NCBI GenBank assembly: GCA_009917695.1
Contig: JAACJG010000014.1
Span: forward strand, 50,959-114,958
Source of the DNA: Candidatus Rifleibacterium amylolyticum
GTDB lineage: Bacteria > Muiribacteriota > Ozemobacteria > Ozemobacterales > Ozemobacteraceae
Reading direction: 5' to 3'
DNA length: 64,000 nt
The first letter of the stretch is position 1; every line of letters begins with the position of its first letter. The translations under genes were made by a program, and so were the position numbers. The notes beneath the pieces were generated by a model that did no database searches, was not told the origin of the DNA, and worked only from the letters and a program-made list of their open reading frames with translations. Below are positions 29,836 to 38,233 of the stretch, one piece after another.

Positions 29836-31604
29836 CGAACACCACAAAGTCACAGAACCCGGTAGTATTCACCAACAAGGCAGAATGCCGCGACTGCTAC
29901 CGCTGTCTGCGCCACTGCCCGGTCAAGGCGATCCGCATGGATAACGGCCAGGCCAGCGTCGATCCTGAGCGCTGCATCGCCTGCGGCACCTGTATCAGAG
30001 AATGCCCGCAGGGCGCCAAGCAGTTCCGCAACGACATCGAAAAAGCGGTCAGACTGCTCGCTTCGCCGCGGCGCATTGCCGTCAGCATCGCCCCTTCGTT
30101 CGCCTCGTTTTACAGTGAGTGGCAGCGCCGACGTCTGCCATCTGCACTGCGTCGGCTCGGCTTTGCCTATATTGCCGAAACCGCTGCCGGCGCTTACCAT
30201 GTCGCTGCCGCCAGCCTGTTGAAAAAACATAAACATGCCGATTCAATCTGCACCGCCTGCCCGGCAGTTGTTGAGTTTATCGAGAAGTATGTTTCTGAGC
30301 GGGTAGACAATCTGCTGCCGGTCGCCTCACCGATGCTCACTCATGCTGCGATGATTCGCGAGCAGCTCGGCCCCAATGCCGGCGTTGTCTTTATCGGCCC
30401 CTGCATCGCCAAGAAAAGCGAAGCCGACAACAGCAGCGGAATGCAGAAAGTTGACTGCGCTCTGACCTTCAAAGAGCTGGACGAGTGGCTTGAACGCGAA
30501 GACATTCAGTTCGATCGTCTTGAAGACAGCCATTTCGATGAAGAACCAGGCGGCGAAGCGCGACTTTTCCCGTTACCCGGCGGTCTGACTCGAACTGCCC
30601 GCATCGGTTCCGACAGTCTTGCAGCTGATATCATCGCGGTCAGCGGCGTTGCTGAGATCCGCACTCTGCTCGCCAACCTCGGCAGACAGGGTTCGCATCT
30701 GTTCATCGAACCGCTTTTCTGCGCACAGGGCTGCGTCGGCGGACCGGGCGCCCCGAAAGAGCGCAATATTTTCGACAGTCGCCATAATCTTCTCGACTAT
30801 GCGATCAGAAACCCCGGCCAGACAGAGCCTGCCGCCAGACCCGAAGAAATCAGCGCAGCCAGCCATAATAGCGCGCAGATAGAGGCGATGCAGCGGGAAT
30901 TCAGCGAAGACGAAATCAGACGGGTTCTCAGCGCGACCGGCAAGAATTCAAAAAGTGACGAACTCGACTGCGGCGCCTGCGGTTATGACTCGTGCCGCGA
31001 AAAAGCGATTGCCGTACTGCGTGGGCTGGCCGAAACTGAAATGTGTATTCCCTATATGCGCCGGCTGGCTGAACAGCGCACCGACCGCATTATCGAAACA
31101 AGTCCGAACGGCATAGTAATGCTCGACGAACATCTCAACATCATCAATATGAATCCGGCTTTCAAAAAGATGTTTCTCTGTTCTGAAGCGGTTCTTGGCC
31201 GACACATTTCGTATCTGGTCGATCCCGAACCATTCGCAAAGGTCGTAACCGGTCGTCAGCAGTTGATTGAAGAAACGGTTAAATACAAGCGTTACAGTCT
31301 GGTCACGCATCAGATAATTTATCGACTCGAAGCTGAGAAGCAGCTGGTCGGCATTTTCGTCAACATCACCGGCAGCCGCCAGAGCATGGAAGAGCTGGCG
31401 CGGTTGCGTCACAGCACGGTTGAGCAGGCACGCGAGATGCTCGAACATCAGGTAAAAATGGCGCAGGAACTGGCGAAATATCTGGGTGAAAGCACGGCCC
31501 GCGGCGAAACTATCATCGAGAACCTGATCAAGTTGACGGCGGGCGATGACAAGGAAGAAAAACCCGGAAGGATAACTGAATGGGATATCTTCACGTCGAA
31601 ATAA
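29832..31604 (+). CDS. sensory [FeFe]-hydrogenase (HydS-like) with a C-terminal PAS domain
   Basis: 4Fe-4S motifs. Degenerate L1 'CTACPAV', L2 'GPCIAKKSE' and L3 'EPLFCAQGCVGGPG'. An extra Cys4 'CGACGYDSC'. PAS 'IVMLDEHLNIINMNPAFKKMF'. Confidence 0.8.
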   Translation: MTNTTKSQNPVVFTNKAECRDCYRCLRHCPVKAIRMDNGQASVDPERCIACGTCIRECPQGAKQFRNDIEKAVRLLASPRRIAVSIAPSFASFYSEWQRRRLPSALRRLGFAYIAETAAGAYHVAAASLLKKHKHADSICTACPAVVEFIEKYVSERVDNLLPVASPMLTHAAMIREQLGPNAGVVFIGPCIAKKSEADNSSGMQKVDCALTFKELDEWLEREDIQFDRLEDSHFDEEPGGEARLFPLPGGLTRTARIGSDSLAADIIAVSGVAEIRTLLANLGRQGSHLFIEPLFCAQGCVGGPGAPKERNIFDSRHNLLDYAIRNPGQTEPAARPEEISAASHNSAQIEAMQREFSEDEIRRVLSATGKNSKSDELDCGACGYDSCREKAIAVLRGLAETEMCIPYMRRLAEQRTDRIIETSPNGIVMLDEHLNIINMNPAFKKMFLCSEAVLGRHISYLVDPEPFAKVVTGRQQLIEETVKYKRYSLVTHQIIYRLEAEKQLVGIFVNITGSRQSMEELARLRHSTVEQAREMLEHQVKMAQELAKYLGESTARGETIIENLIKLTAGDDKEEKPGRITEWDIFTSK

Positions 31605-32728
31605 CCGCAGCCAGCAGTTCGAAACGGGCTGGTGACGCATGCGGCGATGCCTTCAGTTCGTTCCGCACCACCGGCGCGACGGTGCTCATTCTCGCCGACG
31701 GCATCGGCTCTGGCATCAAAGCCAACATCTACGCCACCATGGCGATTTCCCGCCTCGAAAAGCTGCTCAACGACGGCTTTTCGTTACGGCGCGCCTTCAC
31801 TTCGCTTGTCACAACAATGCATGAAGCGCGCGGCACCGACATGCCCTACGCGGTTTTCACCGTCGCCAGAGTGCTCAACAATGGCGAGACGACGGTTCTT
31901 TCATATGAAATGCCCGAAGCGATATTCGTCGGCCGCCATGCTGCGAGCGTTTTGAAAAGGCGCAACACGACTCTCGGCAGCGAGGTTGTCAGCGAATCGA
32001 ATCTTTATCTTGAAGCCGGCGAGGGGCTGCTGCTGTTTTCGGACGGCATCACGCTGGCGGGAATTGGCGGCAGAACGCGCACCGGCTGGAGCAGTGACGA
32101 GGTCTGCCGTTACGTCAACGACCAGCTGGTCACCGGCGCCGAGAAGCGGCTGCTGGCCGAGTCTGTTCATCGTCAGGCCCGTGATCTGTGGGGAAAGAAA
32201 GTCGGCGACGACTGCACCGTGCTCGGCGCCCTGTGCCGCCCCGGCAAGGTCGCCAGCATATTCAGCGGCCCGCCCGCCGACAAAGAGCACGACAGTCGCG
32301 TTGTCGATGAGTTTCTGGCTCTGCCCGGAATCAAAATCGTCTGCGGCGCGACGACCGCCCAGATCGTGGCGCGCCGCCTCAGTCGCCGCCTGCAGATCAA
32401 CCCGGCCGACAGCAGCCTGATCGCCCCACCCGGCTACAGCCTCGAAGGCATCGACCTGGTGACCGAGGGCGCGGTAACGCTCAACCAGCTTTTCAACATT
32501 CTCGACGCCGACCCCGACCATTTCGAACCTGACTCGTCGGTCACCCGCCTCTACGATGCCATCATCAGCGCCGACCGCATCAATTTCATCGTCGGCGGCA
32601 GCAACAACCATGGCCACGCCGACATCGCCTTCAAGCAGCAGGGTATCATGCCGCGCCGCAAGGCAATCGAACTCCTCGCCCAGAAGCTCCGCTCAGAAGG
32701 CCGCCTCGTCGACATCAAACAGGTCTGA
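31580..32728 (+). CDS. PP2C/SpoIIE-family serine/threonine protein phosphatase
   Basis: 'LILADGIGSGIKANIYATMAI' metal-binding motif. GGAAGGA RBS. 25-nt overlap with the HydS gene. Confidence 0.8.
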   Translation: MGYLHVEITAASSSKRAGDACGDAFSSFRTTGATVLILADGIGSGIKANIYATMAISRLEKLLNDGFSLRRAFTSLVTTMHEARGTDMPYAVFTVARVLNNGETTVLSYEMPEAIFVGRHAASVLKRRNTTLGSEVVSESNLYLEAGEGLLLFSDGITLAGIGGRTRTGWSSDEVCRYVNDQLVTGAEKRLLAESVHRQARDLWGKKVGDDCTVLGALCRPGKVASIFSGPPADKEHDSRVVDEFLALPGIKIVCGATTAQIVARRLSRRLQINPADSSLIAPPGYSLEGIDLVTEGAVTLNQLFNILDADPDHFEPDSSVTRLYDAIISADRINFIVGGSNNHGHADIAFKQQGIMPRRKAIELLAQKLRSEGRLVDIKQV

Positions 32729-32999
32729 CCTTCATCGCCGGCCTGCGCTTTTTTCAGGCCAGTAGCGCCAAATGGCTGATAAATCGCTGTTTTCGGCAGT
32801 TTAATTAGGGAAATGCCGGGTGGGCGAAGCATGGAACTGTTTCACGTGGCCAGGGGCCACTGGCGGCAAGATTGGCTGGTTTTCAGGGCGACAAAATGAG
32901 CTGAAACGGCTCACAAAGTCACATACTGGCCGAAATTTCACGCTATCTGCCTCCTAAGCTCATCAGTGCTTCCAAAGATGAGGAATGGGCTGAAATAAC

Positions 33000-33260
33000 C
33001 TACCTCATCTTTATACACACGCTGAGGCTGTGGAAAATGTGGGATTTATCAATTTCCCAGAGAAGATGTTTTATTGCAATCACATCTGCTACTGAACTCA
33101 TGGGAAGACCTAAGCTTGGCCAACAACCAGTGGCTATTTCATCACCAACTCGTATACTCATAAATGGGTTTGAACCGTGAAGAGAAATCATAGGATCACT
33201 GTCGAAAGAATCAACATAAACTTCAACGCGATACTTTACAGGGAGATGATTTGTGGTCAT
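33000..33260 (-). CDS. hypothetical small protein
   Basis: ORF downstream of the TIR operon on the same strand. AT-rich. No motif. Start uncertain. Confidence 0.3.
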   Translation of the reverse strand: MTTNHLPVKYRVEVYVDSFDSDPMISLHGSNPFMSIRVGDEIATGCWPSLGLPMSSVADVIAIKHLLWEIDKSHIFHSLSVCIKMR

Positions 33261-33383
33261 AACTTTGCTCCAAAAGGTAAAATAGGTGCGATCTAATACC
33301 TTATAACACAAACCTCGTCTTGAAAAAATTTCTCTTAGTACTTACGTAGTTAACTTGCCGGTACCTTGATAGGAAATGCAGTC

Positions 33384-34151
33384 TTAACGTTTGTAAATTT
33401 CATATAAACAATCAAGCGGATGTTTCTTCTTAGCGGTCATAAATCGACGATGCCAGTTAAACAAAGTTTCCTTGCCTATTTCTTTCATTTCTTGCAAATT
33501 AACGTCATATTCAATATTCAGACCGGCTCTATAACCTTCGCTTTCTAAAATCTTGGCTAGTTTTGCTACAGATTTATCCCTGTGCTCAATTGGTGCTTTA
33601 TAACGGATAACTTCAGAAATTGCAATTTCCGAATAAAGCCATGGTGATTTTGTTTTGGTGACAGCGTTCTCAGATGATATTGAGTTTGGTGTATTGAGAA
33701 AACACACACATTCTGTTTGATCAATCAGCTTTGTTAGTGCAGCAATAAGCATCATATGGACATGGCTGGTAGAGCCATTTCTTTTCTGGTAGCAGTATGT
33801 TTCGCTGCCAGGTATGACACAATATTTGTCGTCTATTTGTTTAAGCAAGTCATCGGCGTAGCCCCACACGCAAGAATCCACAAAAAGATTAAGATCAAAT
33901 TTTTGCTTTAACCAGCCGGCCAGGCTTATGGCAAGATCTTTGTCAGCATGAGAGTGTGATAAAAATATGTCTGCATCTACCTGAGGAAACCAGTGCTGCT
34001 GTAAACGGCTACCATCCAAGCGATCTTCCTTTATTAAAAAGGTTTCCAATGATTGTTTAATCATTGTGGAAGTCTGGTTGTAAAGCCTTAAGCCGACATC
34101 ATAATAGGAACCAAAATCGTTCCCCAGCGTTAATTTGAATCTACTAAACAT
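33384..34151 (-). CDS. TIR-domain protein with a ~55-aa N-terminal extension
   Basis: 'DIFLSHSHADKDLAISLAGWLKQKF...SPWLYSEIAISEV'. ATG at 34151 with a GAGGTG RBS. The track GTG start is 12 nt upstream. Confidence 0.75.
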   Translation of the reverse strand: MFSRFKLTLGNDFGSYYDVGLRLYNQTSTMIKQSLETFLIKEDRLDGSRLQQHWFPQVDADIFLSHSHADKDLAISLAGWLKQKFDLNLFVDSCVWGYADDLLKQIDDKYCVIPGSETYCYQKRNGSTSHVHMMLIAALTKLIDQTECVCFLNTPNSISSENAVTKTKSPWLYSEIAISEVIRYKAPIEHRDKSVAKLAKILESEGYRAGLNIEYDVNLQEMKEIGKETLFNWHRRFMTAKKKHPLDCLYEIYKR

Positions 34152-34193
34152 TGAACACCTCACTAAAAAACATAGGAAATATGCGAAGCGGCG

Positions 34194-34784
34194 TTAAAGA
34201 CTGGATAACCACAGTAGAATTTCTTTGAACGGAATTACATATAGCAAAATAAAAACATAAGTAATGAGAAAGAAAATAGCTATTCTGCGTTCCAAATTTG
34301 TTACAGGATGGTAGATTACAGGGTTTTCACCTTTAGCTAAAGCAAACCACTCTGCAGTAAAGAGAGCCAGCGGCAAATGAGTTTCAATCTGTTCAATAAC
34401 TTTGAATTTACCGCAGTTTAACTGCTTATAAGAGTCGATGACACGAGCCCAATAATAACAAATCGCAATGCCAAAAATTGGGAGTATATACGCCATAAAA
34501 CGCAAAGAAATATCTGCGTCCTTGCCATATAAATAGCCTAAAATAGTGAATAACCCGGCGTTAAGAGTTAGGAAAAATGAATTTGCTGATTGTCTTTTTT
34601 CATAAACCTTTTCGGTAGAATCTACCAATAGCTTGTATTGCTCGAGAACGATGGTTATTTCTTCCTTATTGGCAGTAGAACTGTTTTTTTTATTAAAAAG
34701 CTTTGTAGCAAGTAATTCTACTTGAGAACTATCTTGAGCTGGTAAAGGGGCTTTGGCTGCAGGTGCCTGTAACGAATCAGTCAT
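34194..34784 (-). CDS. small three-helix membrane protein (SLATT-like candidate effector)
   Basis: Hydrophobic helices at ~aa 70-85, 95-115 and 165-185 of the 196-aa product. ATG at 34784 with a GAGG RBS, 7 nt after the upstream TIR gene's stop. Confidence 0.65.
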   Translation of the reverse strand: MTDSLQAPAAKAPLPAQDSSQVELLATKLFNKKNSSTANKEEITIVLEQYKLLVDSTEKVYEKRQSANSFFLTLNAGLFTILGYLYGKDADISLRFMAYILPIFGIAICYYWARVIDSYKQLNCGKFKVIEQIETHLPLALFTAEWFALAKGENPVIYHPVTNLERRIAIFFLITYVFILLYVIPFKEILLWLSSL

Positions 34785-34791
34785 AATGGCC

Positions 34792-35208
34792 TCACTTGCA
34801 AAGAGATCTGATACCATCAACAATAGATGAAGCGTTCCAGTGAACTATTTCATCAGCATTGTTCTGAACTACGGTCGAAACTTGTTGATTACCCCAAGGA
34901 ACAACAGCCAAAATAGGCTTTGCAACCAGAAATTCATTTTTGGCAATTTTTATCTCATTGTTTATCCAGGTGCTAAACGTTGCATATTTCCCGGCCATAA
35001 TCACAACAACGTGAACCGCTGCCATCTGCCTGTAAATTGAATCATATAAGGCTTTTGAACTGGGAGCGTTATGGATGGGATCATGCTTTGGGACAGAAAA
35101 ATCCTTGTATGAAAAATAGGGATAACCATCTAGAAGACTGATTAGGCGATTATAGTCGTCACTATATGACCAGGAATGACTGATAAACAGATTGTATGGC
35201 GATGGCAT
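34792..35208 (-). CDS. TIR-like (DUF1863/ThsB-like) protein
   Basis: 'FISHSWSYSDDYNRLISLL...VVVIMAGKYATFSTWINNEIKIAKNEFLVAKPILAVVPW'. GGAGG RBS. Confidence 0.8.
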   Translation of the reverse strand: MPSPYNLFISHSWSYSDDYNRLISLLDGYPYFSYKDFSVPKHDPIHNAPSSKALYDSIYRQMAAVHVVVIMAGKYATFSTWINNEIKIAKNEFLVAKPILAVVPWGNQQVSTVVQNNADEIVHWNASSIVDGIRSLCK

Positions 35209-35388
35209 AGATCCTCCGGTTGATTAATTGTAGTGAAGTCACGTTTATATTTTAAAGATTTTGACATTTTTCAATGCCTCCTGTAAAATATAAGTTGACA
35301 GGTGTCGATATATAGGTTAACATTCTTTCTTTTGTATGTCAACCCCCGGTGGAGGTTACAGTATTCATGCGCTTTATAAGGATTACAT

Positions 35389-35775
35389 ATGCCGATAAAG
35401 AGTATTCAACGAGGGTCATCTTTTGAAATCTGTTGTTGGAAGGAAGTCGGAGGAGAATGCCCGCTTGAAGATTTTTTTAAAGAGCTAAAAGACACTGGAC
35501 ACCAGGACTTGGATCAGATGTTGCGTCTGATTCATAGATCAGCAGAGCTGGAGCCGCCGCGCAACATTGAAATGTCGAGAGCCCTGGAGGGAAAGAATGC
35601 CGAAGGATTGTGGGAATTCAAGGCCGGAGCAATCAGGGTTATGTGGTTTTACGAACGCAACAAGATTATTATCTGCACCCACAGTTTTTTGAAAAAAGGG
35701 CGCAAGACTCCCGCGCCAGAGATAGAAAGAGCCCAAAACACGAGGAGTAAATACTATGCCGAACAAAAACGTTAA
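35389..35775 (+). CDS. HigB-like (Gp49/DUF891, RelE-superfamily) toxin
   Basis: 'GLWEFKAGAIRVMWFYERNKIIICTHSFLKKGRKTP..EIERA' matches the Gp49-like pattern. Confidence 0.75.
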   Translation: MPIKSIQRGSSFEICCWKEVGGECPLEDFFKELKDTGHQDLDQMLRLIHRSAELEPPRNIEMSRALEGKNAEGLWEFKAGAIRVMWFYERNKIIICTHSFLKKGRKTPAPEIERAQNTRSKYYAEQKR

Positions 35776-36181
35776 GGGAATCGAGACCAGCAACTTCTTT
35801 GCGACAATGTTTGCAGAAGCAGAAAGCCGCGACGAGTTTCATGTCGCAGGTGTGAAAATCGAGATTGCCGAACAAATTTACCGGATGATGGAAAAACGAA
35901 ACATAACTCAGTCAGATCTTGCTCGAAAACTTGGAAAGAATCGAGCTTACATTTCCAAGATTCTCAAAGGGACAACCAACTTCACGGTAGAAACTCTTGT
36001 GCTGATAGGTAGAAAACTTGATGCTGAATGGGACTTCCAGCTAACTGACGCCGAGAAACCGGAAAAAAGAGTCTTTTACATGGAATACGGAAGTATCAAA
36101 CCGCCAACAAACAGGGTTTTGGCGGCGAATGACTTTTGCGACGAGATTGGTTGGGAACCAACCGTCAAATGGGGGCAATAA
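35756..36181 (+). CDS. XRE-family HTH antitoxin with a C-terminal extension (candidate chaperone-addiction region)
   Basis: HTH 'ITQSDLARKLGKNRAYISKILKG'. GAGGAG RBS. 20-nt overlap with the toxin. Confidence 0.75.
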   Translation: MPNKNVKGIETSNFFATMFAEAESRDEFHVAGVKIEIAEQIYRMMEKRNITQSDLARKLGKNRAYISKILKGTTNFTVETLVLIGRKLDAEWDFQLTDAEKPEKRVFYMEYGSIKPPTNRVLAANDFCDEIGWEPTVKWGQ

Positions 36182-36184
36182 CAA

Positions 36185-36655
36185 ATGACTCTATCACCTT
36201 TGCAACTCCACCGCTATTTTGCTGAAGAGATATTCTGCAAAGCCAATCCCGACTTTGATAAAGATAAAGAAGTTAAAATAAAAGACTTTCAGGTGTTTTT
36301 TGAAACTGGCGAAGATAAAAACCCGCTTTTGCGCAGGATCAGACTGACTGTTGAACAAACCCTAAGCAAAGACGGCAACGAACCATTTGCTTTCAAGATT
36401 GTTATGGTCGGATTCTTTGAAGTTATGAAAGAATTTTTCGAAAGCCAAGGATCAGAAAAAACAGAACAGCTTGTTAATGTTAACGGTCCGGCTCTGCTGT
36501 ATTCCGCTGCCCGAGAACTATTGGCACTTGTTTCCGGTCGTGGGCCATATGCCGATGATAGCCTGAATGTTTTGCTGCCTTCTATTACTTTTTTGAATTT
36601 CAAGCCAATGAAACCGGTAAAAGAACCTAAACAGGCAAAGACTAAAAAGAAGTAG
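36185..36655 (+). CDS. SecB-like chaperone (third component of a toxin-antitoxin-chaperone module)
   Basis: Alignment to SecB: 'LQLHRYFAEEIFCKANPDF' is similar to 'QIQRIYTKDISFEAPNAP'. 'PALLYSAARELLALVSGRGPY...LPSITFLNF' is similar to '[30 protein letters not shown]'. Confidence 0.7.
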   Translation: MTLSPLQLHRYFAEEIFCKANPDFDKDKEVKIKDFQVFFETGEDKNPLLRRIRLTVEQTLSKDGNEPFAFKIVMVGFFEVMKEFFESQGSEKTEQLVNVNGPALLYSAARELLALVSGRGPYADDSLNVLLPSITFLNFKPMKPVKEPKQAKTKKK

Positions 36656-36664
36656 CTGTTTTGA

Positions 36665-37003
36665 TTAGAACTTGTTTGGAATGCGTTCGGAGCCGAATTT
36701 TACGGCTTCGAATTGGATGTTGTTGGCATAGCCTTTGAAGGCGATCTGGCGAACGAAGGCCGTGAACAGTTCTTTGTCCTGGCATTTGTCGGTCCAGTAG
36801 GTTGATTTTGAGAAGTAGATGTGTTTATCAGGATTCTTCTTTTCAAGACTGAACTTGTCGTCGTTGGCGGCTTTCCAAAATTTACGGCGGGCGGCGAGAA
36901 TGGCGTTGATATCGTCAGCATCGTTATAAAGGCCTGACATGGTATGCTTTTCTTCATATTTGAAGATTATGTATTCGTTCTCGGCATGGGCCATGAAAAA
37001 CAC
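36665..37003 (-). CDS. hypothetical protein, possibly 5'-truncated (the in-frame upstream extension to ~37180 has no start codon)
   Basis: GTG start. The upstream 60 codons are open and protein-like. The 3' end is duplicated at 38594-38699. Confidence 0.45.
   Translation of the reverse strand: MFFMAHAENEYIIFKYEEKHTMSGLYNDADDINAILAARRKFWKAANDDKFSLEKKNPDKHIYFSKSTYWTDKCQDKELFTAFVRQIAFKGYANNIQFEAVKFGSERIPNKF
36669..36774. repeat. ~106-bp direct repeat, copy 1 (copy 2 at 38594-38699, ~91% identical)
   Basis: 'aacttgtttggaatgcgttcggagccgaattttacggcttcgaattggatgttgttggcatagcctttgaaggcgat...'. Confidence 0.7.
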
Positions 37004-37205
37004 AACTTCGCAATAGAGAGTGTTACCGACATTTACGGTTATTACATCGGGCTTGTCGGGATCTATCGGGATGATATCGCCTTCGTTCGGTGGCTCTTTG
37101 AAGCGTTCACCAGGAATGTAGATTTCTTTGAAAGTATCGGGCTCGTCTTCGGCGGCGTCGGGGTGACGGATCAGGGCGATAGCATTAGTTCATTTGCAGA
37201 TAATG

Positions 37206-37724
37206 TCACTGGTTAACGCCCAATCTTTGTTTCAATTCTTTGACGGCCAGGTTGCGTTCTCTGGCGCGGCCACCTCTGACAGCATCGACCAATGCCAGCA
37301 ATTCATAAAGACATTGATCTGATTCGGCGGCGCGGGGAACTGATTCATACAGCGGCAGAAACGACTGGCCCCAGGTGTTGCCCTTTGCATAAGGCCAGAC
37401 GGGCGGAATTTCCTGATTATCGGCCAGAACATCTTTTAACGGGCCAAATGAATGCGCAGTCGGGAGGCCGCGCGTCATTTCGCCGCGTTCAGCGGGGAAA
37501 ACATAGCGCAGGCCATGTATAATAAACTCTGACAAGGCATTAACATTCGGTTCGCGAGTTTGCGGATGGATAAGCTGCGATTTTACGGCTCTTTTAAAGC
37601 CGGCGTGGACTTCGGAAGAGCTCATGCATAGCTCTTTGGCAAGAGATGCGAAGTTCCAGGGCGAGTTGGCCGCAGTTTTTGCGACCAGCTTCAGGAGTAT
37701 TACGATATCTTGTGGTTTCAGCAT
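37206..37724 (-). CDS. winged-helix transcriptional regulator
   Basis: N-terminal wHTH 'DIVILLKLVAKTAANSPWNFASLAKELCMSSSEVHAGFKRAV'. A palindromic operator lies immediately upstream. Confidence 0.55.
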   Translation of the reverse strand: MLKPQDIVILLKLVAKTAANSPWNFASLAKELCMSSSEVHAGFKRAVKSQLIHPQTREPNVNALSEFIIHGLRYVFPAERGEMTRGLPTAHSFGPLKDVLADNQEIPPVWPYAKGNTWGQSFLPLYESVPRAAESDQCLYELLALVDAVRGGRARERNLAVKELKQRLGVNQ

Positions 37725-37738
37725 AATAATATTATATT

Positions 37739-37756
37739 CGCTATTCGCGAATAGCG
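37739..37756. promoter_or_regulatory. 18-bp perfect palindrome 'cgctattcgcgaatagcg' (candidate operator), 15 bp upstream of the regulator gene start
   Basis: Perfect dyad. A related 34-bp palindrome recurs at ~38781-38814. Confidence 0.5.
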
Positions 37757-37917
37757 CAAACCATTTTATAAAAACAGTTTCAGTGATGACTAAGTTCTTG
37801 CAGCTTTTTCTTGGGAGCCCCCTTCAGGGGGCGGCGGGCAGGAAGCGCCAGAGAGGGGCCCTACTGGCGCGGTTTTTGCAGCCTCTAAAAAAGATCGAGC
37901 TGGAATACAGCAACTCT

Positions 37918-37946
37918 TTGACAATTATACATCATGACGCTATAAT
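37918..37946 (+). promoter_or_regulatory. consensus sigma70 promoter TTGACA-17-TATAAT for the RHH-RelE operon
   Basis: 'ttgaca attatacatcatgacgc tataat', 18 nt before the GAGGTG RBS and ATG at 37964. Confidence 0.65.
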
Positions 37947-37963
37947 GTATGTAGAGGTGACTT

Positions 37964-38233
37964 ATGAAAAGAACACAAATCTATCTGGAAGCGGAACAGC
38001 AGGATTTTCTGGAAAACATGGCCTTTGTCATCGGGAAAAAGAATCGCAAAAAGGTTTCTATTTCTGAATTAATAAGGTCGGCAATAGAATTATTGCGCGA
38101 AAAATATGATTCCAAGCAGCTTGAGGATGAAACAGAACTGATTCTTAAAAGCGAACATCTGATGGCTGGCATTAAAAAAGCCAGAAATGAAAAGAAGCTG
38201 CTTTCTCACGAAGAAGTGTTTGGTAAAAAATGA
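37964..38233 (+). CDS. ribbon-helix-helix (CopG/ParD-like) antitoxin
   Basis: 'MKRTQIYLEAEQQDFLE' RHH N-terminus. ATGA-style overlap with the toxin gene. Confidence 0.7.
   Translation: MKRTQIYLEAEQQDFLENMAFVIGKKNRKKVSISELIRSAIELLREKYDSKQLEDETELILKSEHLMAGIKKARNEKKLLSHEEVFGKK

Noticed and set aside
32736-32762. Possible terminator after the PP2C gene ('ggcctg-cgctttttt-caggcc')
   Set aside because: The T-run sits in the loop rather than after the stem, and the alternative foldings have 3-bp stems or shorter. It does not fit an intrinsic-terminator model.
36944-37216. Plus-strand ORF 36944..37216
   Set aside because: It is antisense to the protein-like, in-frame upstream extension of the minus-strand gene 36665..37003. 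There is no RBS and the composition is odd.
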